The translations under genes were made by a program, and so were the position numbers. A stretch of DNA of 64,000 nt, from positions 434,001-498,000 of the forward strand of contig NW_026867540.1 in NCBI RefSeq assembly GCF_020745735.1, in the 5' to 3' direction. This document shows positions 1 to 12,120 of the stretch, one piece after another (within the stretch, counting starts at the first letter, position 1; every line of letters begins with the position of its first letter). The DNA comes from Hemiscyllium ocellatum. Taxonomy: Eukaryota. The notes beneath the pieces are model-generated. The model searched no databases. It was not told where the DNA came from and saw only the letters and a list, made by a program, of their open reading frames with translations.

Positions 1-339
1 GACGACTTGTAGAATCGATTTTTACTGGATGAATTCTCAAACAGGAATGATGCTTCTGGGCCAAGGTGGCTAACACATAAATGGGAGGGGAGGAGCTGGG
101 GTATGAGTGTCAGAGTTAGGGTTAAGGCACTGATTCTAACCTGAACACGAACTCTAATCTCAACTTGCCATGCACATACTCCCATCCAATTTATCTCTCA
201 GGCCCCTTGGGCCACAAGCCTCAGTCCTGATGGAGGTCTTATGCTTGAAACGTCAATTGTACTGCTCCTCGGATGCTGCCTGACTAGTTGTGCTTTTCCA
301 GCACCACTCTCTTCCAAAGTGATCAATGCTGAAGACAAT

Positions 340-3300
340 GTACAACTATTCTAATCCCACTTCCCTGCACTGGGCCAGTCTATTTCTAATCATTTCCTAT
401 CCATGCATTTATCCAAATGCCTTTTAAATGTTTTAAGTGTATCCACGATAACAACGACCTTTGGCAGCTTTTTCTACATGCATAGAACCTTCTGTGCAAT
501 TGAGTCGCTCCACAGGTTCGCTTTTATTCATGCCCCTCTAACCTTGAACTGACGCCGGTTAGTCTTCAATTCCCTAATGTTAGAAAAAGACGGAGTGCAT
601 TCACCCTCTCCCTGCCTCTCTTGACCTTGTGCAGTTCTTTAAAATGCCCCCTCAGTTTGCCACGCTATAAAGAAAGAAAACCCTAGCTTGCCAAATGTCT
701 CTATGTAAAGCAATCACTCAGATTCTTGAGTCATCGCAAAATCCTTGTAAGTTTTCTATGCACTCTTCCCAATTGTTTAACATTCCTCCAGGAGAAAGGT
801 GACCAAAACTGAACACAAATTGACATTTTCAGCTTCACCAATGTCCCATACAACTGGCACACAACTTGACAACTTCAAGGCTCAATGACTTGACCTCAAC
901 ATCCCATATGTTTCGCTTTGGAGAATACTCATCTAACGTACTCAAAAAAGTCTCTCATTTTTGCTCTTGCTCCGCAGATAACTTCCTTCCTTTATTCGTG
1001 AGTCGGTCGACGCTGTCCTGTGTAACCATTCTAAAATGCCTTTGGATTCATCTTATCTCTGCTAGCCAAGGATATTTTAGCTTTTAACCCTCCTTTTAGC
1101 TCTCTTAACTCCCCGTTTGAATTCCTTCCCAGTTTCTCTATATTCTTCAAGGACTTCGTCTATTTCTCCTTGCCCAGACATTCTGCATGCTTCTTCGTTT
1201 CTTTCAAACTAAGCTGACACTCTTCCGTGTCATCCAAGTTTCCCTATTCCTGCCATTACTTTTCTTCGTTTTTACACGAACATGCATGTCCTACACTCTG
1301 ATCAATAGGATTCCCACAAGTCAGATGTGGATTTACCCTCAAGGAGGCGTTCTCCATCAGCAATTTCTTATTTTGCCTCATTGCATTATGTTTGGCTTTC
1401 CATTAATTTTATACGTTCATGTGAACTACACGCCTGTCCTTATCCACAATTACACAAAATATACAAATTTGTAGTCATAATTCAGAAATTAGTCATCCAC
1501 TGAAGCCTTGATCACCTGGCCAGGCTCATTTCCCAACTTCAGATCCACTACGTTCTCCTTCCTCATTTGACTGCCGTCCTTATAGTATTTCAAAAAATAA
1601 AAGCCCTGGAAACAAGTCGAAATGTCTCCCCATCCACTAACCCAGCACTAACGGTGTCCCAGTCAATGTAGAGAAATTTAAGACATCTGGATGGGTATAA
1701 TATTGGGAACCTTTTAGAGAGGTAAAGAGCCAAGTGCTGGCAATGGGAGAAGGTTAGGTGGGGTATCTCTTTGGCATGAACGAGTGGGACCAACGTGTCT
1801 GCATCCTTGATGTATGACTGTATAACGCTTTTATTTTCAAATCTTTTCACTATCTGACTGCAAATCTAGTCCACAGAAAATTATAGCACAGTATAGGCCG
1901 TTCGGCCCTCGATGATGTGCAGCTCTGTTGTAACAATCTGAAGTCTATCTAACCTGCACTACTCCATTCTAGTCTTCATGCCTATCCAATGAACATTCAA
2001 GTACCTTTAACGTTGGTGAATCTACAACTGTTGCAGGCAGTGCGTTGCACAACTCTGAGTAAAGAAAAATCTCTGACATCTGTCCTATAGGAACTCCTGA
2101 ATTTACATCTATGTCTCCTTGTGCTGGCCACAGACATTCTCGGAAAAATACTCTCACTGTCCAAACTATCTAAACTTCTGATCATCTAATATGCCTCAAT
2201 TAAGTCGCCTCTCAACCTTCTTCTCCCGAATGAAAACAGTCTCAAGTCCCTCAGCCTTCTCTCATAAGATCTATCTTTCATACCAGGCAACATGCCATTC
2301 AATCTTATCTGAACCCTTTCCAAAGCTTCCATATCATTACTATAATGCAGGGACCAGAACTGTGCACAATATTCCAAATGTGGCCGCGCCAGACATTTTA
2401 GAGCTGCATCATGACCTCATGGTTCTGAAACTCAGTCCCTTGACCAATAAAACATAGAACAGCGTATTACTTCTTAACAGCCCTATCCACTGGCGTGGAA
2501 ACTTTCAAAGATCTATATATCTGTGCACAGATATCTTTCTGCTCCTCTACACTACCAGAAATCATTCCATTAGGCCAGTACTCTGTATTCCTGTTACTCC
2601 TTCCAAATTGAATCACTTTTCAGCATTAACATCCATTTTCCACCTCCTGGCCCAGCTCTGCAGCTTATCTATGTCTGTCTTTAACCTCCAACATCCATCG
2701 TCACTATCTACAACTCTCCCGGCATTAGAACCATCCGCACATTTGCTAACCTATTCTTGTATGCCTTCTTGCAGGTAATTAGTATAAATGACAAACAACA
2801 ATGGATCCAAAACAAACCTTTGCGGTACCTCACTACTAACTGAACTCCAAAATGAATATTTCCCATTAAGGACCATCCTCTGTCTTCTTTCAGCAAAACC
2901 AATTTCTGTTACGTATTCCTCTATTTTCCGCTGACAGCTTGGAGTCTGTTGTGGAATCCCAGCGTTGTGATCGCATTCTTCCTATCATTGAGCGTTACCC
3001 ATAAAGCCTCACTGCAAGATCATTTCATGGTGTCCTGCCTCAAAACAGCTGGCATTTTCTCCTTAGGTAACTGCCACATATATTTTGCTTCATGCTTTGT
3101 CTCATACAAAACATCGCCCAGAACGTTAAGTTGTCAAACCTTTCCCTCCTTCAATCACGTGATGGTGATAGCAACATCATGATTGCATGAAATCAGCTCG
3201 ACTCTAAGTTCATGCATTTTATCCACTATATTTCTTGCATTAAACATATATTTTCTAAGCCTACAGTTCCGTTGACCTCGGCAAGCCTCTCCCTAACTGC

Positions 3301-3760
3301 TGTTCATCTTACTTATATTTGCTTTCGTCTCAATTTCTTCTCCAGTCCCTATACTCACTGACCTGCTGCTCGAGTTGCCTCACATCCATCCGCACCACGC
3401 CAGTTTAAACACTCCCGAATGCCTCTATCAAAATTCTCTTGTCAGTGTCCATTTAGGTGTGACCAGTTCTTGTTGCAGAGATCGCACCTTCTCTTGGAAA
3501 ACATCTCAATTCTCCTCTTATCTGAAATGAAACCCATCCCACGCACACATCAGCCACTTAGCGATGTGTTCAAAGTAAATTGTCTCTGTTACTCGTTTCT
3601 GTAACACGTGGTATGGTGAGTAATTCTGAGAAAACTATCCCGGATCCAACTTTTTCGTTCACTCCCTAACGCCCTGAATTATCGTTGCGAGTCTTTCTAC
3701 TTAAATCATTGCTGCCAATGTGGTCACTGAAATCTGTGTTTCCATCCTCCCATCTTCCCA
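340..3760 (-). mobile_element. Stack of CR1-like LINE fragments
   Basis: EYCAQFWSLHY..RRRLRGDLIEAY (2186-2377), RT segment 2700-2900, 3' tails at about 360 and 1885. Confidence 0.75.
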
Positions 3761-4063
3761 TGCTCCGAAGCCTAGTTTTCTTTTTTTATAAACAACCGCA
3801 GAAACCCATTTCATCATTAACCACATGATCTCTCAAATTGGTTTCTTTTTGGAATTCGTCTTGTGTTTGAATTAGCTGTGGTTATAACAGATTCAAATGT
3901 ATAAATGTTTTGACATCGACTAATTCTTGTGTTACAACTTTAATCACTTAAAATACGTCAGCTCAACGACTGACCTTTTTCTGTATAAGCACGGTCTATA
4001 GCATTAGATGCCTTCAGTGTGAAACGGGTTGTTTTTTTTTAATTCGGACTGTACCAAGTACAA

Positions 4064-4115
4064 CCAATGATATGAAATAATTGTGTCTCTAGTGGTGAAC
4101 ATCAGATATAAATAG
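4064..4115 (+). promoter_or_regulatory. Putative Pol II core promoter of GPCR gene 1 (CCAAT box and TATA box)
   Basis: CCAAT at 4064-4068 and TATAAATAG at 4107-4115, 60-110 nt upstream of the exon 1 ATG at 4175. Confidence 0.5.
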
Positions 4116-4174
4116 ATGCATCACAATACTTATTTCAAAGCCATATGGTAATAATTCATTTTTTCTTGCACAAA

Positions 4175-4244
4175 ATGCATGCTCCTGCAAGAGCGCCGAT
4201 ATTTGTACTTTATTACTCTGCCCTTGCTGCTTTCGGAGTTCCAG
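4175..4244 (+). CDS. GPR139/GPR142-like class A GPCR, gene 1, coding exon 1 (joins 5934-6844)
   Basis: Reads MHAPARAPIFVLYYSALAAFGVP then G|GTAAAA (phase-1 donor at 4245). It joins in frame to CC-AAC-CTC of exon 2 to give ...FGVP-A-NLVTIAILS, matching the TM1 pattern of GPR139 (YYSLLLCLGLPANIL, recalled). An in-frame upstream ATG at 4145 also exists. Missed by the ORF track. Confidence 0.85.
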
Positions 4245-4749
4245 GTAAAATATGAGAACACAGTATAGTTGACAAACTGATATTTGAATGTGTGTTCGCG
4301 GAATAGCTGTGGATTTATTATGTTCGCAGCTGGTTGATAAAGTTTTAATTTAATCAATGAAGCAACGTAATACCCTATACATTTTTGGTGTTCTTGGTAA
4401 ATTTAAATTGAGCTGATCTCTGAGAAAGTAAATTATGGAAATCAATGGTGTTCATTCTAGTTTACAGAATTTTTTGTAATATTCCCAACGTGGTTCGCTC
4501 AGATATTTATTACAGATGTGTAAGCACTCATCTATTATATGTAATTGACCTTAATCATTTTTGTCTTTTTAAAATTTCCGGACTTTGTTTTGTATATTTG
4601 CGTGGAATATGTGCACTGTTGGCTGGATCACTATGTATTATTCAATTATAGATTCCCTTCTGAAGGTAGGGACTACGTTGTCGTTTTCAATCAATGCAGA
4701 TCCTTTTTGCAATTGCTCCAAAATGCAATCAAGGAATACTTAAACAGTT

Positions 4750-4890
4750 GAAAATATGGCGCTGGAAAAGCACAGCAGATCAGACAGCATCTGAGGACCT
4801 GAAGAATCGACGTCTCGGGTATAAGCCCATCCTGATGAAGGGCTTATACTCGAAACGTCTACTCTCCTGCTCCTCGTATGCTGCCTCCCT
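4750..4890. mobile_element. Palindromic Penelope 3'-end fragment in the intron of GPCR gene 1
   Basis: gacgtctcgggtataagccc...gggcttatactcgaaacgtc inverted pair, with a hammerhead core at 4832-4859. Confidence 0.75.
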
Positions 4891-5933
4891 TTCTCTGAGG
4901 TATTTACAAGGTACTGTTATGGAGGAGAGGTCATATGTTTCCAAGACGTGGTGGCAAGTAAATTGAAGGACACCTTGCAGGTGCTGGTATACCCAATGGT
5001 CGTCTTTATTTGCCCATTTTTCAGTGAGTGTTCATGGGTTTATCAATCACGATCTTTGTAAATTTCTGCAGCGCATCTTAGAGGTGATACGGAAAACTGT
5101 GAATTCAGTTATTTCTGAAGGAAGTGAATAGTCATTTCCACGATGATAAACAATCGGGCTACATATTATCCCGAGAATGAGTGAAGATTGTTCTTGGAAC
5201 TGTAGTCGTCCAGTAGGCATTGCATTGCACACCTACCCCTATACTGAGGTGCGCCGGAATTAATAGTTCATTAAATGAAATACGTAAGCATGCTCTCTGT
5301 TATCTTGATTTGAAATGCCAAATGCCTAACATTTGAGTGGGGCGAGTGTGTCCTACTTATCAGTCCTACTGCAACGCTAAGTGGTTTGTTTCTGAATATA
5401 ATCAGCATTGGATTATATTTTCGAAACTGAATGCCTCCAGATCTGCCTTTAACTTGAGGTAAAGATTGTTGATGAAACTGCTAAAGGAAATGTCGTCTTG
5501 TTGATCCAGTTATTGTCATTGTTACACACGATCATTTTAGACTCAATATGCATTCTATTATCATTATGCCGTCGTTACTCTAACTACTCCGTTCTGAAAT
5601 GGAGTACAATTCCTTACATTTACTTATCGTAGCAAGCAACTAAGCATGAAGGTTCTGAAGTACTTTATTTCCTGGGTTCTCTTATTGTTTGTGATAAACA
5701 TTCTTGTTCATAAACTATTGGAAATTCATGCGTAAAACACTTATTTTCTTTTTGAATCCAACATGACTGTTATAAATTCCATGTTACCCTTTCACCAAAC
5801 TAACAGTGTTTTGTCAATTTTATCTCTCTATCTGCTTGCTTCTGTCTCTCTCTGTCTCTGCTCTGGTTGTCTCTCCGTCTGCCTCACTCTCTCCCTCTCA
5901 CACTGATTTTCTCTCGCACTCTGTCTCTTACAG

Positions 5934-6844
5934 CCAACCTCGTGACAATAGCGATACTCTCCCGAGGAAGATGTGGTCTCTCAGGATGCATCACTCGATA
6001 CCTTATATCCATGGCAGCCACGGATGTCCTTGTCATTATCTTTGCAGTGATTTTAACTAGGCTTCTGGCAATTTACTTTCCAGCTAGTTTACTGAACACC
6101 ACAACAGGATGTCGTCTTATAATTCTTCTGGTCTACGCTTCCCGAAACTGCTCTGTCTGGTTGACTGTCGCTTTCACCTTTGATCGGTTCATAACCATTT
6201 GTTATGAAAAGCACAAAACGAAATACTGCACAGAAAAAGTAGCGTCTTTAGTTATAGGAATTGTCTGCGTGCTGTGCTGTTCGTTAATCATTCCATTTTA
6301 CTTCCTATATGAACCCTTATATACCATTAATAGCGTAGGCTGGTACTGCAACATAAAGGACATTTTTTACACTTCGTTTGCATGGAGATTATTTGAAATG
6401 TTTGACCGCATCCAAACTCCGTGTCTCCCATTCCTCTTTATTTTGCTGCTTAATGTACTGACTGTCAGACACATTATAGTAGCTAGTAGAGCCCGCAGAA
6501 GACTCCGATCCCACAGCGATGAAAATAATAAACGTGATACAGAAATGGAGAACAGAAGAAAGTCCATTATTTTACTCTTTGCCATCTCAGGCAGTTTCCT
6601 CCTGTTGTGGTTGATGTACGTTTTATATTTCCCAATTGTGATAATTTCAGGTAACAAATATTTGACCGGTTCCAACCTCAATGATCCCAAATTTATTTTG
6701 CGGGAAAGCCAGTACATGTTACAACTCTTAAGTTCATGCACAAACACGTGTATTTATGCAGTGACACAGACAAAATTCCGAGGTCAGTTGAAAGATGGTT
6801 TCAAATACTTCTACAAGCTTATAACGAAATGTCAAAAACAGTGA
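5934..6844 (+). CDS. GPR139/GPR142-like class A GPCR, gene 1, coding exon 2 (rest of TM1 to C-terminus; spliced product 326 aa)
   Basis: Long CT tract plus tacAG acceptor at 5932-5933, then an open 911-nt exon. Motifs: MAATD (TM2), SVWLTVAFTFDRF (DRY-like), PCLPF/LLN (TM5), FLLLW (TM6), SSCTNTCIY (TM7), KFR (helix 8), ending KCQKQ. The track start at 5867 is intronic. Confidence 0.92.
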
Positions 6845-7253
6845 GCCCAGCTGAAACACTTGATGTGACTATTAAATTTCACACACTCCAAATCTAGCAG
6901 TATAAACATTTACCTTAGCAATTCTGGCTTGCGGATCATCACAATTCCCAGGCTTGTTAATTCACATCAATGGAAGTCAAGTCAACCAACAATGTCGCTT
7001 TAGAAATTCATAGCAACCATTTCTGAAGGAGATTGTGTCTCAGGTTTTCACCTCTTCTGCCAGATGCAAAGACTTACCGAAACGGCGATTTCCTTTTAAA
7101 ATGGATTTAGTTGATGCACGTGCAAAATCTGGATGAAAGGATAACCACGGTCTTCTCTGTGAAAAGCAGTGACAAATAATGAGGTTTTTGATTGCAAATA
7201 TCGCATAAATGAAACTTCACGCATTAAGATTGGTTCTCATGTTAACCGTCAGA

Positions 7254-7259
7254 AATAAA
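7254..7259 (+). terminator. Candidate polyadenylation signal of GPCR gene 1
   Basis: AATAAA about 410 nt after the stop, just before the next LINE. ATTAAA at 6871-6876 is an alternative. Confidence 0.4.
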
Positions 7260-7369
7260 GCAAATATAGTTCTCATTCAAATTGTGTCTTGACTTCATGA
7301 CGGCTTCATACCTCTGAATTGTAGGAGAAAAGATCCGATTGCATTCCAAGTGCATCAGAGTCGAAGAGT

Positions 7370-7970
7370 CATAAAGTTTTACAGCACAGAAACAGTCCCT
7401 TCAGTCAACTTGTCAATGTCGATCAGATATCCAAAATTAATGTCGTCCCACTGAGAGTCACTTGGACCATATCTCTCTAAACATTTCCTGTTCAAAATTC
7501 CATCCAGATGCTTTTTAAAGGTGGTAATTGTACTAGCCTCCATCACTGACTCTGGCAGCTCAGTCCACACATGTACCAGCATCTATGTGAAATGTTGCCC
7601 TTCACATTTCTTCCAAATATTCCTACTCCTACCCGAAACCTATGCCCTCCATTTCTGAATCCCCAAATGCAGGGAATTGACCTTACCTATTTCCACTCAC
7701 CATGCTTCTCCTAATTGTTTTAAAACTATATAATGGCACCCACCAGCCTGTGAAACTCTGCAGAAGTTAGCCCCAGTCTCTTCAGCCTCAATCTTTTGGT
7801 CATACGTTTCTACCCTGGCAACGACAATGTAAATCTTTACTGAACGCTTTGTAATCTCACAACATGCTTCCGACAGGAGGGAGGTCAGAATTGCATGTAG
7901 TGTTCCAACAGTTTCCACAGCAATGTCCTGTACAGCCGCAACATGACCTCCCAACTCATGTTCTCGATGC
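7370..7970 (-). mobile_element. CR1-like 3' fragment
   Basis: VWTELPESVMEASTITTFKKHLD. Confidence 0.8.
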
Positions 7971-8649
7971 AATGAGGAGAAGCCAGCATCATGAAAAGAA
8001 AATGAGCTCGAAAAGGGGTAATGGAGAGTGTTAGAGAAAGAAATACAACCAACACTTCAGAATGGGCACAGCGGATAACGAAAGGAGTACACAGATTGAG
8101 GAAAATCGAGTGAACAGAAATAATAGAATTGATAGACTCAATTTCAGTGATTATTTCTATGAACTCCTTGCATTAATTCAGTTATCTGTCGAATGATGTA
8201 GTAAGCATTAAACCTTTGTCTGATATTCTTACAGTTTTGATATGGTGTCAACATGACAACCACATGACCTTTTGTTTCCTTAATGATGTAAAGGATGTTT
8301 AAGAATTAATGACGAGGATGCTGCAGATTAGACAGATCCAGGTGAAATCAATGATGTGATATGCATCTCACGATCGATTAAAGACGGTGTTACGACATTT
8401 TTTGTGAACAAGGTATTAAGTTTGTTTACACAGTTTTGATTCTCAGTCACAAGCTGACAAGGAACATTTGCAGCAAATATGTAAAATAGTTTTAAGTTAA
8501 TGTTATTGTTAAATTAGAGAGCCTTGTTGAACAGTTCCATGTTTATGTAAAATCAGAAAGTTGGAAGCAGGCTATTCACTCGGTCATACCTGCGTTGGAA
8601 ATTGACACAAATATCAATCAGGATGGTGGGTCCATGATTCATTAGGTAC

Positions 8650-8916
8650 CAGGTTCGATCCCAGCCCTGGACAAGCGTATGTGTGTGGTTTGCACATTCT
8701 TCCTGTGTGTATGCGTTTCGTCCAACTGCCCTGGTTCCTTTCCACAATCCAAAAATGCGAAAATTCAGTGAATTGGTCATGCTAAATTGCCCATTGTGTT
8801 CAGTGATGTGTAGGTGAGATGCATTAGTCTGAGCGAAATGTATGGGTTGTGGTGGATTACTCCATGGAGGGGCCATGCGGACTTGTTGGGCTGATGGGCC
8901 TGCATCCAAATTGTAG
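8650..8916 (+). mobile_element. HE1-like SINE, 5'-truncated and diverged
   Basis: ggttcgatccc B box, V-domain and gaattggtcatgctaaattgccc. Confidence 0.8.
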
Positions 8917-9247
8917 TCAGTCCATTATATTGTTTCTGCATTTCCTTGTATTTGGCTTCCCTTTCAAATCATGTATTTAATTCTTCTGTAATTTGATATT
9001 CAATCATTCTCTCAGTATATTCTGGAACACAATGACTTTGCCTAGGAGAATTGTTATTTGACACCGCTTTTAATTCTTCTCTCAGTCATCTTAAATTTGT
9101 GTCTTCTCTTTATGAGCCTTGAAAACCACTGAACCACTGAAAACTATCGCATTTTATTTAATTTTTCCTTACATGTCATGATTTTAAACACTTAAGCCAA
9201 ATTTCCCTTTAGCTGTCATTGCTGGAAGGAAACCATGACAAATTCTC

Positions 9248-9270
9248 ATATATATATATATATATATATA
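9248..9270. repeat. (TA)n microsatellite
   Basis: atatatatatatatatatatata. Confidence 0.9.
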
Positions 9271-10589
9271 AACGCTGATGATCTAAATCAGAAACAAACT
9301 GCTGAATAAACACATCAGCTCTGGCACCATTTGTGATTTATAATTAGACTTAAACCAGAACTTTGTTTCTGTCTTGGCAGGTGCAGACAGATTTAGCAAT
9401 TGTTTCCCCAGTATTATATGATATCCTAAATTACCCATTCTCGCTAATGCCCACCCCCATTCTGGAAAACAAACCAAAAAATCTCTTCAGCATCTGCTTC
9501 AGTGCCTTTATCCTTCCTATGCTCTGAACCCTGCTATTCTGTTGAAAGATTTGCGCATGCTGATCACCCAATTCTTGAACATCGCATTATTTTACGTTAA
9601 CGTTTGATTAGAAAAACGATATGACGCTCCCTGTCCAACTTGTCTACGTTGAATTTCATCTCCCATGTTTATTAAACTCACCAGCTTTTCTGTGTTATTT
9701 TGAATTTATTACTATCTTCCATTCCGTTTACTGCATTTTGAGGTTTCCAATTTGCCATGACCGATACGTGAAATCAAATCGCACTGTTCCGAAAGTTGTC
9801 GTAAATGTGAAAATTTGATTAAACTACTGACATGCCCTGTTTCTGCTGTCTGTTTAATTCAGGACACACCAGGCTTTTTTTTTACAATCCATAACTTGAA
9901 AAACAATGTTTATTGTTCGCGAACAGTTTGAATCAATGAGGAAAATATAGAAAAATTCTCGAGAAACTCATTAGGTCTGACTCATCTTTTGAGAGAGAAA
10001 CAGTTAGCAATTCGAATCTGGAATGAAACGTCTTCTGGGTTATCTGTCGATTTGAAATTGCCAATATCTGCAGGGTTTTGCCTTAATTTAAGTTTTAAAC
10101 ATTATCAACAAATAAATATGATTTGTTAATTAAGAACTCCTTGCTGTGAACTTGTCCTAAAAAAAAAGTTCCTTCGGCAAACGAACAGATACACAAAAAA
10201 GACACATCTAACAGTTGGTGAAGGAACGAGATAGTCAGTGAAATAAGCATGGAATCAGGCCTTTGCTACAGGCATTTCAAACTGGTTTTCGTTGACTTCT
10301 CTTCCAGTTCCATTTAGGTCTTTAAGAAGATGCTGTTGGGGAGTCTACAAATCTCAATTTCCATTTCATTGCTAAAGGCGTCAGTCTTTAAATTTCTCTG
10401 AAGGTTTTTTTTCCATTTCACTTTTAAGAAGAACATTTACAGAGAAAGAGCGAGAATTGGGTAGCTGTCAGGATTTTCATTTCTTTGCTGATTCCCAGAA
10501 GGGACAGTCGGGGTGGGGGGGGGGGGGGGAATGGGGCGGGTGGGGGGAGCGGGGAGTGTGTGAGAGAGAGTAAGAGAGAGATTTATTTC

Positions 10590-12120
10590 TTTGTTTCCAC
10601 AGGCCTCACAACTCCGATACTCAATGCACTTCCAAATAAAGGCAAGCACACAATGTCCTATTTACCTGTGACTCCACATTCAAGGAATTATAATCATGAA
10701 TTCCAAGATCTCTTTGTTCAGAAAACACTCTCCCAGACTTTAACATTAAGTGTTTAACTCCTGCTATGATTTGTCTTTCCAAATGCAGCACTTCACATGA
10801 TCTAATGAAACTCCATAGAATCCCAATGATGTAGATTTAGGCCATTTGGCTCATCCAGTGCACACCGACCCTCAAAGAGTAAACCAGCCAGACGCATTCC
10901 CTAAATTTAACCCTGACTAATACAAATTCCTGACGACTATGAACATTTTATTATGACCAATTCACATGACCTACACATGTTTGGATTTTCTGATTAATCC
11001 GGTGCACCAAAAAATCCACCCAGGCACGTGGAGAATGTGCAAACTCCCCACAGTCAGTCGCCCGGCTCCTTGCCGGTGTGAGGCAGCAGTGCTAATCAGT
11101 GAGCCACCAGTCCATCTGCCATCTCTTGCATCGTTATCCCATTGGTTAAAGAAATCGTTCTACTCTGAGGGAGCTTTCATCTCTAAACCTCCAATGTTGG
11201 TGTCATTTGCAAACTGAGTAACAATATGACCTATGTGCATACGCAAGCGCCAATCCTTATGGGACATCACTGGTCATCGGAGTCCAGTCTGAATAACATC
11301 CCTTGACTACCACACGCTGTCTCCTACCTTCTTACCAACATTGAATCCAAATAGCTAGTTACCCTTGTTTTTTCGCGATCTCCCTTGCGAATAAGTCTAT
11401 CACGTGGAACCTTACTGAACACCATCCTGACGTCCATATACGTCATGCCCACCGCTCTGCCCTCAACCATCCTCTTCATTGCTTCTTCAAAAAACTCAAA
11501 TAATGAAACACGATTTTCCACGCACAAAGTTATGATGATTTTTTTCTATTCAGTTTCTGTCTTTCCAAGCACATGTACCTTCTGCCCCTCAGAAATCCCT
11601 CCAAACATTTACCCACTACCTGCATTACGCTCACTTATCTATCGTTCCGTGGATTTTCCTTACTATCATTGAAATGGCTGCACCATGTTAACCAATCAAC
11701 AGGTTTTCAGCGCTTCAGCTGTGGTTATCAATAATCAATTAACTCCGAAAAGACCCAGCAATCACTTTCCCAACTTTCTAAAGATGTCCAGGCGACACTT
11801 GTTCACGTCTCGGGGATTTACTCACCTTTATGCAGGTTAAGATGAACAGCACCCCTTCTTTTCTAATACGGATATACTTTAAGAGGTCGTAATTGTGTTT
11901 CCCATCTTCGATAACTTCTATATCCTTCTTCACAATAAAGGCTGCTGCAAAATACGCGTTTAGAGTTTCCCCTTCACATGTCTTCTGGTTGCACAGATAG
12001 GCAGCCTTGCTGATCTTTAAGGGACCCTATTCTCTAACTCGTTATTCTATATCCTTAATAATCTGAAAAAAAATCCTTTGGATTCGCTTCAATCCTAATT
12101 GTCAAAATTATCTCATGCAC
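10590..12120 (-). mobile_element. CR1-like RT fragment
   Basis: FEFFEEAMKRMVEGRAVGMTYMDVRMVFSKVP. Confidence 0.8.
10830..11110 (-). mobile_element. HE1-like SINE, diverged, nested in a CR1
   Basis: ggagaatgtgcaaactcc..gtgaggcagcagtgctaa..gagccacc. Confidence 0.75.

Noticed and set aside
116-150. TTAGGG-like motifs here and TTAGG at 27874-27940 as telomeric repeats
   Set aside because: Isolated matches within Penelope-derived sequence, not tandem arrays.
5867-5933. N-terminal extension MSLRLPHSLPLTLIFSRTLSLT of the 325-aa ORF
   Set aside because: It is a translation of the intronic polypyrimidine tract from a non-ATG start. The real N-terminus is exon 1 at 4175.
6367-6747. 126-aa antisense ORF, and similar antisense ORFs at 63192-63656
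   Set aside because: Shadow frames of the GPCR coding strand.
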